This document shows positions 30,601-40,289 of a stretch of 64,000 nucleotides of DNA, one piece after another. The stretch is from the IMG/VR virus record IMGVR_UViG_3300025387_000009. One strand, given 5' to 3'. Origin of the DNA: a virus (lineage: Duplodnaviria; Caudoviricetes). The translations under genes and the position numbers were made by a program. The notes below the pieces were generated by a model. That model was given only the letters and a program-made list of their open reading frames with translations, did not search any database and was not told where the DNA came from. The first letter of the stretch is position 1, and every line of letters starts with the position of its first letter.

Positions 30601-33065
30601 ATTACTACATCGTAATTTTCAGGACTTTGATATAATCCTTTAATATTCTGATATTGATAATTTGATACAAAATACGGCGGGGTTGCGTTACTAGTATAGT
30701 CTGCTCTTAAAGATGTTCTGTAATAAGTGTAACGTCTGCCAGTTTTTAATATAAATGGATCTCCACTACCAGTTTTCCATGTACCTTCGCCGAATCCAAC
30801 CTGACTATCTCCATTTTGTAATTGGAAGAATGCAAACTGTGGACTGTTATTTGCATCAAAACCTCTGGTATCAGTCCAGCTATTTAAACTGAAATTTATG
30901 CCTAATCCCTGTGGGTCAGCAAAAAGATAATCAGCTATTCCATTATAATCAAGAACACTATTACCATAGTTACCAATAGGTGAATAGTTTACGGAATGGC
31001 AAATACATTTACTCCAAGTATCATTAATATTAATTGGATTTGGATTCTGGTAATCTTGGTCAGAATATAAATCATTAGGCATTGATTTGCCATAAGGACA
31101 CGTTGGAAGATGCTCAACATATTTAAATACATTGTCAGCTGGTGTATCAGCATCACACCATATAAATGAAATTCTGTCTCCGCCATTTGCTATAAAAGAA
31201 CAAGATGGTTGTACGCTACCTACAACGGGTAAAGAACAGTTTGTAGCTGGCGAATCATAAACATTAATTGAATTTGCTATTATATCTAAACCAGAAACTA
31301 CACCGGAACCGAGCCAAGCCGCTTCCATTGGATCGCCAGTTTTACTATTAAGCTTATAAATTACATCAGCATTGTTAACATTAGTTCCAGCAACAGCACC
31401 AACCATTGCATACATTGGATTTATATCACCTAATGTTATAGGTAAACAATAATTGCTTGTTATTGTTATAGGATTGTTGTCATTTGCGGCATCAAACGTG
31501 TGGATGGGCCAATGTATCGTAGTAGACCCAGCTTGAATTGGGATATCAGTTCTTTCAAATCTATAAAGATATGCCTGTTCTATTCCTCCGTATTTAAACT
31601 CACTGTAATTATTAATATTATTTGAAATTTTGAATTTCTTTACGATATTATCTGCATCAGGTGAAAACTGAGCAGATGAAGCATTAGTAGTATCAATTAT
31701 ATTTGTTTGATTTAAATAAATTGGATTACAACTTGTTAAAGGTGTAGCGGCTGAATAATAAGCATTTAATGCATCGACTTTTATTTGTGGCGCAACATTT
31801 GCTAATTGACTATTGCTGTATGTATCATTTATATAAAAATCATTAAATGTTAGTGATTTTGAATTTAGTAAAAGACCTGGAAACGGAAAGATAAATTCTC
31901 TTGTTGCGCCACCATCAATAGTAGCAACCATATCGGCTTTTACCGTTTGATTATGAGGACCCTGCAACCAAGCACCCTCAAGCACACCGTTTTTATCTGT
32001 AAAAATTAAATCAGAATTTCTATAATTGGTTCCCCCTGTTGCCCCTGAACCAACTAAATTGGAATCATTAATTAAAATAGGCTGAAGAAAATCATTATAA
32101 ATAGAATCGTTTACAACCCTATTTCCGCTGGGCCAATAAAACCAATTATTACCATTGGTAAATGACAAGTTTAAAACTAAATCTGGTTTATTTATATCCT
32201 GTAAACGTATGGCAGTTAAACCATAAACAGGTTCACCAAGATATTTTTCAGATATATTAATTTCATTAAAAATTAAATTAGTCGGAGCAGCTGATAAAGC
32301 ATAAGTTGATAATGTTGGGAGGGATAATGTGTAAGCTTTGAATAAATTAGACAATGGTGTGTCTGCAACTCTTGGGAAAAATCTGGTAGATAATAACTGA
32401 TTCACCATGTTATCATCAAATGATGATAACGGAAACGTGTCGGTTAATTGAGTTATGTTCAAATAATTCTCAATTGGAACGGATGGATCAGAGTCAAAAT
32501 AAGAATTAGTGTCATGTAATTCTTCAAGCTCAATATAAAAATTATCTTTAACAGCAGTTAAATCGGGAAAATAATTTATTAATGGTGATGCAGGAACTTG
32601 AGTAATAGAATTCTCAGTAATGGTAAACCCTCTTAAAATATATTCGTATAAAAGTTTCTGCAATCCATCTTCAGAACCGATTAAATTATACTTTAACTTT
32701 GCACGTTTAACATTTTCTCTTTTGTTTTGTAAAACAATTGCAATCTGTCTTAATTTCTTTGCAAAGAAAGGGATAGCATAAATTAAATTTTCAGGGTCAT
32801 TGTAATCAATATTTTGTAAGAATGGATCACTTGTTTCAGAACTACTAAAAAGAAAACTTAAATCCTTGGCTAATTGTACATATTGTTGCTTTACAGCATC
32901 TTGTGTAACATTTTGAACCGTATTTTGATATGCATACCAAGCATGAACATAATTTAAATATGATTCTTGTTCAGTTTCAGGGGAAACAGCGGTCTGGTAT
33001 CTAATCCAATCGGTAAAAGCCAATGGAGTTTGAGTACTTAAAGATACGTTTGAAGTAGATGCCAT
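27621..33065 (-). CDS. Very large structural protein with an internal vWA domain and a C-terminal LamG-like domain
   Basis: vWA MIDAS motif VVILLDVSRSES...VVTFG...TNIAGAL...ILIFSDG. C-terminal MWFSAD...WIDRSG...CSISEIIFYNRALTDSERQQIEEYL. Confidence 0.8.
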   Translation of the reverse strand: MASTSNVSLSTQTPLAFTDWIRYQTAVSPETEQESYLNYVHAWYAYQNTVQNVTQDAVKQQYVQLAKDLSFLFSSSETSDPFLQNIDYNDPENLIYAIPFFAKKLRQIAIVLQNKRENVKRAKLKYNLIGSEDGLQKLLYEYILRGFTITENSITQVPASPLINYFPDLTAVKDNFYIELEELHDTNSYFDSDPSVPIENYLNITQLTDTFPLSSFDDNMVNQLLSTRFFPRVADTPLSNLFKAYTLSLPTLSTYALSAAPTNLIFNEINISEKYLGEPVYGLTAIRLQDINKPDLVLNLSFTNGNNWFYWPSGNRVVNDSIYNDFLQPILINDSNLVGSGATGGTNYRNSDLIFTDKNGVLEGAWLQGPHNQTVKADMVATIDGGATREFIFPFPGLLLNSKSLTFNDFYINDTYSNSQLANVAPQIKVDALNAYYSAATPLTSCNPIYLNQTNIIDTTNASSAQFSPDADNIVKKFKISNNINNYSEFKYGGIEQAYLYRFERTDIPIQAGSTTIHWPIHTFDAANDNNPITITSNYCLPITLGDINPMYAMVGAVAGTNVNNADVIYKLNSKTGDPMEAAWLGSGVVSGLDIIANSINVYDSPATNCSLPVVGSVQPSCSFIANGGDRISFIWCDADTPADNVFKYVEHLPTCPYGKSMPNDLYSDQDYQNPNPININDTWSKCICHSVNYSPIGNYGNSVLDYNGIADYLFADPQGLGINFSLNSWTDTRGFDANNSPQFAFFQLQNGDSQVGFGEGTWKTGSGDPFILKTGRRYTYYRTSLRADYTSNATPPYFVSNYQYQNIKGLYQSPENYDVVILLDVSRSESNNIENMKSIVISVIDKILNNNNNVAINPNFTPPTIQVSVVTFGTNQSRLSYLTNNYSNLELFVSQGVYVSHDPSQYQTNIAGALSIAQTLLTTQQGNTNTFSTSSTNTIASICNNLNFYLYEETYGQPTYLNNPQYVTNPNNSKSKILIFSDGLENVYLDSNSNEYSVLTNNLSSASNFANNLIQQGIEIYGINIGDLSSSNDLIKQISTSNDYYFDLESYLKSGDGNTDNFAEYISQKLGYSISVKPMWYKAIKDSTGNWKSTYELSDMVISAGDFIMYNHRGSTSYTCPTNPYANFAQPSISFMMNVKLDGWDYTTNTFDTNNKGDSYGGRPFWANVYTSPDALNNFYKGTMALGGQVRFFNDYVPFHQPEISSMVLNAGDNIQYVRNSPDQIIWNQPLTFNVLISSYQWNQLNFSESYSNLADFLRTNKFDGIIYDTNIASEMTLESYSQFKPAYYNYYALNSFQYNEDLYYIDRCLTSFVTYNTAITIQPAEPYAHLDNVHYPTVATVSLPSNAVTDKQVGEYLLPEKLGTSFFRGRGYTIELDNSSLTYIDSISAERMFLDLGKYGPRQRGLTKKDQITPTMITDISNGWIYEPYSSASKAGVMTDVLENQKLTPYQTSYEIYQKNYYGLARQNDVVEFWTPNKNGIEIWNDTTNYPLNFIKELPPSEYTQRKEKLLTNMGNLNNWRTDVFGNDYGIYKQFSPVDLDGLYMWFSADYGVVNTVNTTNPFLPDTFATNLGDTVAKWIDRSGKNNYLVTDIGSPVLSSFNGMPTVNFGVSSNMHNLYNLNNSEVTMFVVGAYANANNLYSFDNYQVIAAFGTYLSSADLKYVSDGALVFSQKYNDFNFVFGNTQGGYSPTSAINIPYIELTDYYGYYNNTFYPPTSNLYLFETVFSQPYAEVYINGTLFADNKGTLVPSDSANYFDAPLASTGGFYIGSYIQNALTTNCSISEIIFYNRALTDSERQQIEEYLNNKYSIY

Positions 33066-33090
33066 ATGTCTTAATACTTACTAAAACAAG

Positions 33091-34122
33091 TTAATTTCCA
33101 AAAACAACCATTGATATGTTTGATAAATCATACGACTCAAGTGGTTTGGTTCTGGCAGCTTCTACGTTACAAGATTTAGTAGTTTGAGAATTAACCATAA
33201 AAGTTCCTATACCACTAGGATCATTTCCATTACCAGCGACAGCGTAATTGGAATCAGCCATAGCATTTGCAAAATAAATTGTATAAAATCCTTCAGGATA
33301 ATTGTAATAGGTTTTATTTGGCGGATTTCTTAAAATAGATTCCACATTATAACACGATCTTATACCATCACTATAATACGAAAAAGTATTACCTTTAGCG
33401 GCTGTGCTTATAGTTGAATTAATATTAGTAAACCCACTTTGATAATTTCCATTTAAAATATTAAATACCGCAGTATTTTTGTTATTAAAACTAACAATTC
33501 TTACTGGACGATTTTTCCACCCCAATGTAGCAGAAGATATAAAATATATACAATTTAATACAGTTTGATCCCATTCAGCAACCGTTGCCCAAGTTCCAAC
33601 ATTTGATCCATTGTTTACGGATATATTATCTTTAATTTCACCAGTTACGGTTGATGCAACCGCTGCGCCATTAAAATTAACCCATGCCTTTGCGGTTACT
33701 ATTTGAATGTTGCTATTTAAGCTATCATACTCAAGAGTATTAGTTGTGATATCAGAACCAGTAATAGTATTATCAACGACTTGCAAATCTGATAAAGAGT
33801 TTGCAACAAACATATTACCATTTAAAAATGGAGCATTTGAAAATGATACATTTATTAAATTTGAATTATTAGTAATTGAAATACCATTTGATGCGCTAAT
33901 GGTATTAAATAATACAGTGTCTTGAAAAACATTACCAATACTTTGAACAATACTAATACCGTTACCAAGACTATTAACTTTGGTTTTTTTTCCTAATCCC
34001 GATTGTACAATAGTTTTTCCGCTTACTTTCCACGCTAGACCGTTTTTAATTTTTAAAAAATAATCAGTAGATGATAAAGGTGTGGTATCCGATTGTAAGC
34101 TTGTTATCGGTAAATTAGCCAT
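33091..34122 (-). CDS. Tail-fibre-type structural protein, paralog of 34126-34905
   Basis: AKAWVNFNG...GFYTIYF...NYAV..NGNDPSG C-terminal domain. Confidence 0.65.
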   Translation of the reverse strand: MANLPITSLQSDTTPLSSTDYFLKIKNGLAWKVSGKTIVQSGLGKKTKVNSLGNGISIVQSIGNVFQDTVLFNTISASNGISITNNSNLINVSFSNAPFLNGNMFVANSLSDLQVVDNTITGSDITTNTLEYDSLNSNIQIVTAKAWVNFNGAAVASTVTGEIKDNISVNNGSNVGTWATVAEWDQTVLNCIYFISSATLGWKNRPVRIVSFNNKNTAVFNILNGNYQSGFTNINSTISTAAKGNTFSYYSDGIRSCYNVESILRNPPNKTYYNYPEGFYTIYFANAMADSNYAVAGNGNDPSGIGTFMVNSQTTKSCNVEAARTKPLESYDLSNISMVVFGN

Positions 34123-34125
34123 AAA

Positions 34126-34905
34126 TTAATTCCCAAAAATTATAACCGATACGTTTGATACGTCATAAGTTTCAAGAGGCGAAGTTCTATCAACTTGTAT
34201 CTGGCAATATGTTGGTTGTTGTGCATTAACTGTTACTGTTGCTATACCCGAAGGATCATTAGCATTACCAATAACTGCATAATAAGCATCATTCATTGTG
34301 AAATTGAAATTAATTTGATACACGCCTGGTTTGTTTAATCTTACTACCCCTAAAACACCATGAGATGAGCGGACACCCGATAGAGAATTACTATTAGTAG
34401 AATCGTAATTAACAGCTTTGGTTCCATCGAAATTTACCCATATCTTTGAAAGTCTTTGCTGTGCACCTTGATAAGATGAACTATTTAATAAATTGGAATA
34501 CTGAATAGTATTTGTGGCAATACTGTTATTTGTAATACTATTATTCGCTATTTGAGAAGACGTAATAGTATTTGGTTGTATCATTGACGAAGTAACGAAA
34601 TTGGTTCCCGAAACCTGTAATGTTAAAACGTGTGAATTTTTATTAATATCAATACCATTAGACCCCTTAAGAGTATTAAAATTAAGACCACTATTATCAG
34701 GAGTTACACCACTATAAAAAGGATATCCACCACCTAGACTATTAACACCTGTAATACCTTGGAATGAATTTTGAAATACACTACCATCAACTTTAAATGA
34801 TGTCGGTATGTTTCCTACATTTTTAACTTTTATAAAAGTATCACCAGTTTGTATTAAACTCGTATCTTCTGGTAAATCTGTTATTCTTATTCCTGAAAGT
34901 GCCAT
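34126..34905 (-). CDS. Tail-fibre-type structural protein, paralog of 33091-34122
   Basis: SKIWVNFDG...GVYQINF...YYAV..NANDPSG. TAAGTA box 9 nt upstream. Confidence 0.65.
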   Translation of the reverse strand: MALSGIRITDLPEDTSLIQTGDTFIKVKNVGNIPTSFKVDGSVFQNSFQGITGVNSLGGGYPFYSGVTPDNSGLNFNTLKGSNGIDINKNSHVLTLQVSGTNFVTSSMIQPNTITSSQIANNSITNNSIATNTIQYSNLLNSSSYQGAQQRLSKIWVNFDGTKAVNYDSTNSNSLSGVRSSHGVLGVVRLNKPGVYQINFNFTMNDAYYAVIGNANDPSGIATVTVNAQQPTYCQIQVDRTSPLETYDVSNVSVIIFGN

Positions 34906-34923
34906 AGTAATATATACTTACTT

Positions 34924-35214
34924 TTATAATAATAAATAGGAAGTTATTAATCCTGATACACCGGAAACACTAATATCAACTATGAGTGGTATTTCGGTAT
35001 ATGGGTCAACATCCTGATCGCCAGGTTCCATGATAATATGGGGAAGTAAGAATGTTTCATCTAGATCATATGTAACAGTTAATGCGTTGGTTATAATATT
35101 TGCAGCAGAAACAGAACATGCTATAGCAGCATAATTATTATAAAAAGGAAAACTTCCTACATAAGTTGTTGTTCCTGCTCTGTAAGAATCATATATATCT
35201 ATAGTTGAACTCAT
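34924..35214 (-). CDS. Hypothetical protein
   Basis: Start moved to the ATG at 35214 (MSSTIDIY). TAAATA box 7 nt upstream. Confidence 0.55.
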   Translation of the reverse strand: MSSTIDIYDSYRAGTTTYVGSFPFYNNYAAIACSVSAANIITNALTVTYDLDETFLLPHIIMEPGDQDVDPYTEIPLIVDISVSGVSGLITSYLLL

Positions 35215-35264
35215 CTTCAAATATTTATAGACATTTCTTGGTTTTCTGCTACAATAATAAAAGT

Positions 35265-36014
35265 ATGAGAAAAATACCCATTAAATTTATAGCAACGGAT
35301 AAAAATTTTCTTGACATTGCCCCAAGACCAGTTCCTTCATCTAAGATTGTTCCAACTTGGTATAAGAATACTCTAACGTATTCAAACGATAAAAAGAGTG
35401 TGGATAGATATAATGATCCTAACAGCACAATCAAAATGTGCATGCCAGTAACAGATTCAATGAATGCAGGTTACACTATTACATTACCTTGTGATGTATG
35501 GGTGTTTAACGAAGGAGAGAATAAGATAAAGTTTCAATGGGCATGGGATGAACTCAAATTGGTTGGGCTACAATCAAAAGAATATCATGAGTTGTATCCA
35601 GTTCCAGATAATCATTATACTCAAGTTTTCAAATGGACAAACTATTGGACTGTAAAGACTCCCAAGAATTGGTCTTGTCTTTTCACTCATCCTTTGCACC
35701 ACGATGACTTTCCATTTAAAACCATGACAGCATTGGTTGATACGGATAAGTTTCCAATTCCAATTAATCTGCCATTCTTTCTCAAAAAGGATTTTAGTGG
35801 TCTTATCCCAAAAGGAACTCCTCTTGTTCAAATCATTCCATTTAAGAGAGAAAAGTTTGTATCAGAGTTTTCATGGGACGAGGGAAATGTATTGAGTAAA
35901 ATTTGGACGAAAGCTCATACCGAATTCTTTGGTAGATATCTTAAGAATTTCAGGTCTCAAAAAACCTTTGAGGAGGGTGAGGTTAAGAAATCAAAATGCC
36001 CGTTTCATTGGTAA
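35265..36014 (+). CDS. Conserved phage protein, possibly with a trimeric dUTPase-like fold
   Basis: TIKMCMPVTD...GY...W.VKTP..WS.LF.HP...VDTD...IPKGTPLVQIIPFKRE. The start at 35265 follows a TAGACA-16-TACAAT promoter, and the protein ends KCPFHW. Confidence 0.5.
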   Translation: MRKIPIKFIATDKNFLDIAPRPVPSSKIVPTWYKNTLTYSNDKKSVDRYNDPNSTIKMCMPVTDSMNAGYTITLPCDVWVFNEGENKIKFQWAWDELKLVGLQSKEYHELYPVPDNHYTQVFKWTNYWTVKTPKNWSCLFTHPLHHDDFPFKTMTALVDTDKFPIPINLPFFLKKDFSGLIPKGTPLVQIIPFKREKFVSEFSWDEGNVLSKIWTKAHTEFFGRYLKNFRSQKTFEEGEVKKSKCPFHW

Positions 36015-36026
36015 GTATAATGAAAG

Positions 36027-37361
36027 ATGGATAAAGATTCTAAAAGTTTAGAAGCTCTGTATGAAAGTATTAAGCTAATTAAAGAAGACGAAGCAGGTAG
36101 ACCATTTCCTTATTATGGTTCTAATGCTGCCGCTACATCAACTGCTATAATGGGAACAGAACCATTAACCCAAGCAGAGATAGAAGTACCAGAAAAGGCA
36201 GGACAAGAATCTGCTCCTGATGCAGAAGACGAAGAAGATAATAGTAGTCTTAGAAAATTATTAGATACAATTAAAATTACTATTAGTGATTACGAAAATA
36301 GTAAACAGATGAGATTTAACAGAGAATTAGAGGAATCTGTTATTAATGAAATTAATTTGCAAGATGTTAGAAATGCGTATCAAGGCGCAAAAAATGTTGC
36401 AAATGTTGTTAAAACCGGAGTAAATGCTTTTAAATCAACCGCAACATCAAAAAATCCTCTTGGCAACTTAGCAGGTGCTACCGGAGATGTTGTCGATGCC
36501 TTTCTTAAAAAAGAAATAAAACAGCCTAAAATAATTGGAGACGAAGATAAGAAGACAAAGGAAATAATCATTCCGATAAATGGTAAACCAGTTGTTGCTG
36601 TTATAAACAAAACAGTCAATCCAAATATTAAGGGAACCATAATAAATGTATTAGATAAAAACGAGAAATACGTTGTTAGATTAAATAATACAGGTACATT
36701 TGGTTTTGCGCAACTTAAAACCGAAGAAGAGAAGCCTAATAAAGTAAGCGCATTGGTAACATCGACAACGGGAGATGTTCATATTTTAAATAAAACGCTT
36801 TTAAATGGAGAAAATGACAAAAATTACACCGACACGCGTGATACGGCGTTGTTTGACATTAACAATCCAACAAGCATTAAATGGGCTTATCCTATAGAGA
36901 AATCCCCAAAATTACAAACTGGTAAACCACAAAAGGGAGATAAGATTAAAACTCAAAAGGGTTCAGTTTATACTTTCAATGGTGCAAAATGGGTTGATCA
37001 AAATAAAAAACCAGCCATTAATCAAGGAACTTTTCTTAATACGTGGAGAAAAATGCACGGATTATCAACCTTACAACAAGTTAAGAAAAAAACGGAACCC
37101 ATTGATAATGATAAAGTTACATTAAAAAATGGTAGAGTCTATACTTTCAAAAATAAACAATGGGTTGATGAAAATAATAAACCAGCAGTAAATCCAATCG
37201 CAATTAATAATGCATGGAAACAAGAAAATAATATTCCCATTGACACTACACCAACGCCAACGGCAACACCGAAATTAAAAACTGGCGCAAGTAAAAGAAT
37301 GGCAACGGCTAAGCCGACAACAGGTAAACCAAAAATACAGAGAAAAAAAATAAAAGCTTGA
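36027..37361 (+). CDS. Lys-rich hypothetical protein, probable internal head protein
   Basis: TAAGTA at 36012-36017, N-terminal DKDSKSLEALYESI leader, and two internal G.VYTF....WVD.N.KPA.N repeats. Confidence 0.55.
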   Translation: MDKDSKSLEALYESIKLIKEDEAGRPFPYYGSNAAATSTAIMGTEPLTQAEIEVPEKAGQESAPDAEDEEDNSSLRKLLDTIKITISDYENSKQMRFNRELEESVINEINLQDVRNAYQGAKNVANVVKTGVNAFKSTATSKNPLGNLAGATGDVVDAFLKKEIKQPKIIGDEDKKTKEIIIPINGKPVVAVINKTVNPNIKGTIINVLDKNEKYVVRLNNTGTFGFAQLKTEEEKPNKVSALVTSTTGDVHILNKTLLNGENDKNYTDTRDTALFDINNPTSIKWAYPIEKSPKLQTGKPQKGDKIKTQKGSVYTFNGAKWVDQNKKPAINQGTFLNTWRKMHGLSTLQQVKKKTEPIDNDKVTLKNGRVYTFKNKQWVDENNKPAVNPIAINNAWKQENNIPIDTTPTPTATPKLKTGASKRMATAKPTTGKPKIQRKKIKA

Positions 37362-37385
37362 CATAATCAAGCAATCTGATAATAT
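37358..37385 (+). promoter_or_regulatory. sigma70-like promoter giving a leaderless transcript
   Basis: TTGACA (37358)-16-TAATAT (37380). The ATG lies 6 nt downstream at 37392. Confidence 0.7.
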
Positions 37386-37391
37386 ATTAAC

Positions 37392-37604
37392 ATGGCAAGA
37401 ATAATAAACGAAATCGTAAAGATCCCATTCACTAAACCAAATCTTTCTTTTGGTCAAAGAAAGAAAATTCTTCATGAAGGGATTCAGAAGCAAATCGACC
37501 TCTATAATCAAAGAGGTTGGATTACGATTGCTCACAAGGTAAACGTCGAAACGGCTGCTCATGCATCTGTTCAGTTTACCGTGCAGCAAATGATTAAAGT
37601 ATAA
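37392..37604 (+). CDS. Hypothetical protein
   Basis: 70-aa ORF with its own promoter. Confidence 0.65.
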   Translation: MARIINEIVKIPFTKPNLSFGQRKKILHEGIQKQIDLYNQRGWITIAHKVNVETAAHASVQFTVQQMIKV

Positions 37605-37644
37605 TTCTAATAAAATACTCTTTTTAAGAGTAAATATAGAATAT

Positions 37645-38820
37645 ATGATAAGCATGAATTTTGATAAAATTGTTTCTTCTCTTTTTACAGAGGCAGATAC
37701 TAGAGTAAGAGAACTCACTCCCGAAGAGAAACTTAAACTTGGTATTAAATATAAAAACGAAACAGTAGACAAAGAAAGATTTGATCATCCGCTTCCTGTA
37801 TCTGATTTACTTCCATCTGGTGCTAAGAAGTATCAGGTTGGTGGATTAGGATCAACGGAAAATAGATCTGCCGCTGTCAGCAAAAAGCATGCAACCCAAT
37901 CAGGCGAGTACGAAAACAAAAGATTAGATCAATTTAGAAGTCAAATTATTGTTTTAAACAATCAACTTGATAAGACAAACGATGAACAGGAAGTCTTTAA
38001 TATCTCAAGATCATTAGTTACCATTCTCTCAAAATTAGCAAATCTTAAAAACGAGAAGACTGATATTCCATTAAACTATGATGACTACAAGCCAGTTAGT
38101 GATGTAATCAATCAAGTCCGTGATAAGATTAAAGCCAAGGTTCCTCTTTTTGCCAAAGATGCTGAAAAGAAAAAGATTGCTTTCGATCCAAGAAGATGGA
38201 ATCAAATCGAAGCGAATCTTGATACCTTGGTTAGACAGGATTTTGAAAACTTTGAAGAGCTTATTAAACAAGGATCTTACACGAGAATGCAATCCGCACC
38301 AGGTCAGCATTACTTTGCATTAGATCTTGCATCATCATTCAATCCAAAAACTGGTGCAACCAACTGGATCATCTACACCAAGAAAGGCAAGGACAAAGAA
38401 GGAAATTATATTAAAGGTAATCTTCCTTTTATCAAGCAAACCGAAGTTGCAAATGTATGGCCCGACCCACTCCCAGACGTAAGAAAGGGATTAAGACAGC
38501 CTCCTACGCTTTGGGAAGGTGGTGTACCTCAGTATGGTAAGCCAGTTTCCAAAGAACAATTAGCCAGAAAGAGATTCAAACTTCAGGATGGGCAAATTGT
38601 AAGTGGTATTAGAATAGACGAATTCTCAAAAAATATCGGAGATCAAATCATTTTTGATGTCATCAAGGCAAAATACTATGATGAGAAAACCGGAGAACAA
38701 ACATTCGGTAACTTTACTATCGATTTAGATAAACTTACTGTTGCTCCATATGGCTTGAAAAAGGAAACTTCTAAAGAGGGCGAAGTTCCAGAAGCACTCC
38801 ATCAAAAAAGATCCGCCTAA
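37645..38820 (+). CDS. Hypothetical protein, possibly virion-internal
   Basis: 391-aa ORF with TAAATA at 37631-37636. Confidence 0.65.
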   Translation: MISMNFDKIVSSLFTEADTRVRELTPEEKLKLGIKYKNETVDKERFDHPLPVSDLLPSGAKKYQVGGLGSTENRSAAVSKKHATQSGEYENKRLDQFRSQIIVLNNQLDKTNDEQEVFNISRSLVTILSKLANLKNEKTDIPLNYDDYKPVSDVINQVRDKIKAKVPLFAKDAEKKKIAFDPRRWNQIEANLDTLVRQDFENFEELIKQGSYTRMQSAPGQHYFALDLASSFNPKTGATNWIIYTKKGKDKEGNYIKGNLPFIKQTEVANVWPDPLPDVRKGLRQPPTLWEGGVPQYGKPVSKEQLARKRFKLQDGQIVSGIRIDEFSKNIGDQIIFDVIKAKYYDEKTGEQTFGNFTIDLDKLTVAPYGLKKETSKEGEVPEALHQKRSA

Positions 38821-38869
38821 AAAATAAGCTTGCATTATTTTTGATTTTGGTATATATTAAAAAAATACC

Positions 38870-39007
38870 ATGAGCCAAGAAAAAGATATTGACACAATGA
38901 GTGTCGATGAGTTAAAAGAATATATTGCAATCCTTTTGGATCGTATTGCCGATCTGGAAAAATCCAGAAATCATTACGAGAGGATCGCAAAAGCCCTATC
39001 AAAATAA
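38870..39007 (+). CDS. Small coiled-coil protein (45 aa), absent from the ORF track
   Basis: MSQEKDIDTMSVDELKEYIAILLDRIADLEKSRNHYERIAKALSK. TAATG coupling to the next gene. Confidence 0.65.
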   Translation: MSQEKDIDTMSVDELKEYIAILLDRIADLEKSRNHYERIAKALSK

Positions 39008-39651
39008 TGCCAAGGAAAAAGAAAGTCAAAAAGGTCAAAGCTCAGAAGCCTCGTAAGCCGAAGAAGGAGACCAAGCTTCAGAAAGCCAAGAAAGAAAAGC
39101 TTGTGAAGTTTCCAGCAAACCAACTTAATAATCTTTCCAAGTGGATGGATTATTATAAAGAGCACAAGAAGTTTCCTCATACGAGAATCTATTGCTCTCA
39201 CTGCACCAATGCATTCGTAAGCCTCAAGGGTATCGCCATGAAGCATGCGATGAAGGCATTCGATAACGATGCTAAAAGAATTCTAACCGAATCCTTGTGC
39301 AAGGATTGTAAAGAAGTCTTGGTTCCCAAGGTTGAAAAGGAGAAAGCACCTAGGGTGATTCATATCGAAACACCGGAAGAGAAAGAGGAGAGGTACAATG
39401 AGATTCGTAAGACTATTCCCAAGATTGATTTCAATCGTGTGAGAGAGCCAGTTATGCTTTCTAAGGATAAAGAAGGATGCAAGTTGCATACCTCATTCGC
39501 TTGCCATCGACCAGATATCTATTTGGATTACGGATGCAAAGAGTGCGTTCTGCAAAAGCACTGTGCGTGTCCCATCAAGGATGTCAATAGAAATCCTGAT
39601 GATCGTCGCCCCAAGTTTAAAAAGTTTGTCACCAAGCCAATTCTTGATTGA
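39007..39651 (+). CDS. Basic protein with Cys clusters, putative zinc-binding nucleic-acid-binding protein
   Basis: Lys-rich N-terminus, then CSHC, CKDC and C..H...C...GCKEC.LQKHCAC. Confidence 0.65.
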   Translation: MPRKKKVKKVKAQKPRKPKKETKLQKAKKEKLVKFPANQLNNLSKWMDYYKEHKKFPHTRIYCSHCTNAFVSLKGIAMKHAMKAFDNDAKRILTESLCKDCKEVLVPKVEKEKAPRVIHIETPEEKEERYNEIRKTIPKIDFNRVREPVMLSKDKEGCKLHTSFACHRPDIYLDYGCKECVLQKHCACPIKDVNRNPDDRRPKFKKFVTKPILD

Positions 39652-39682
39652 CACTTCAACAATAATCTGAGAACATATTCTC

Positions 39683-39892
39683 ATGTACACAGTTAAAAGA
39701 TGGACAGGAGCAGCATGGTATGATTCAATGTGCTCACCATATAAAACCTATAAAGAAGCTATGGATCATGTTAAGGAATATTCTTGGCACTATACTACCG
39801 ACAATCCGTATAAGATTGTCGAGACTAAAGTGAAACAGAAGACCGTCAAGAGATTTGTCAATACTGATTGGGAAGGGGTTGTGATTGTATGA
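39683..39892 (+). CDS. Hypothetical protein
   Basis: 69-aa ORF downstream of a TTGACA box. Confidence 0.6.
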   Translation: MYTVKRWTGAAWYDSMCSPYKTYKEAMDHVKEYSWHYTTDNPYKIVETKVKQKTVKRFVNTDWEGVVIV

Positions 39893-40287
39893 AACTACAA
39901 CAAAGATCAATAGCATATAAGTTTCCCTCTGTTAAAGATATTACTGCTCTCATTTTGTATTGGGAGTTCTATATTGACGAGGATGATTTCCCAAACAATC
40001 CAGATATTAGAAATAGATGGTTGACTATTCACGTTAAGCAACATCAGTTCTTGAGGGAAAAGAACGAAGGCAAATACAATACAATATTTTTTGGGCATAA
40101 AGGTAAACCTTGGGATCATACCACTAATGATAAAATCAAGAAGATGATAATTGAAAAGATCGAAGACTTTATGCAATCTTACGAAGATCCAATTACGGGA
40201 AAGATAAGTGAATCATTGATTGCAAAATACAAGATGGGTAATAACGATCCATCTCTTACCATGTGGGATAATACAAAATATGTTTAG
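39889..40287 (+). CDS. Hypothetical protein
   Basis: Start moved to the ATG at 39889 (ATGA overlap with the upstream stop). Confidence 0.6.
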   Translation: MKLQQRSIAYKFPSVKDITALILYWEFYIDEDDFPNNPDIRNRWLTIHVKQHQFLREKNEGKYNTIFFGHKGKPWDHTTNDKIKKMIIEKIEDFMQSYEDPITGKISESLIAKYKMGNNDPSLTMWDNTKYV

Positions 40288-40289
40288 AA

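Noticed and set aside
27621-35220. Invertible tail-fibre cassette
   Set aside because: No flanking inverted repeats or invertase were found, and the genes have their own correctly oriented late boxes.
1-35220. Eukaryotic giant-virus origin suggested by huge Asn/Cys-rich repeat proteins
   Set aside because: rIIA/rIIB, sigma70-type promoters, intrinsic terminators, CCA-encoding tRNAs and coupled operons indicate a bacteriophage.
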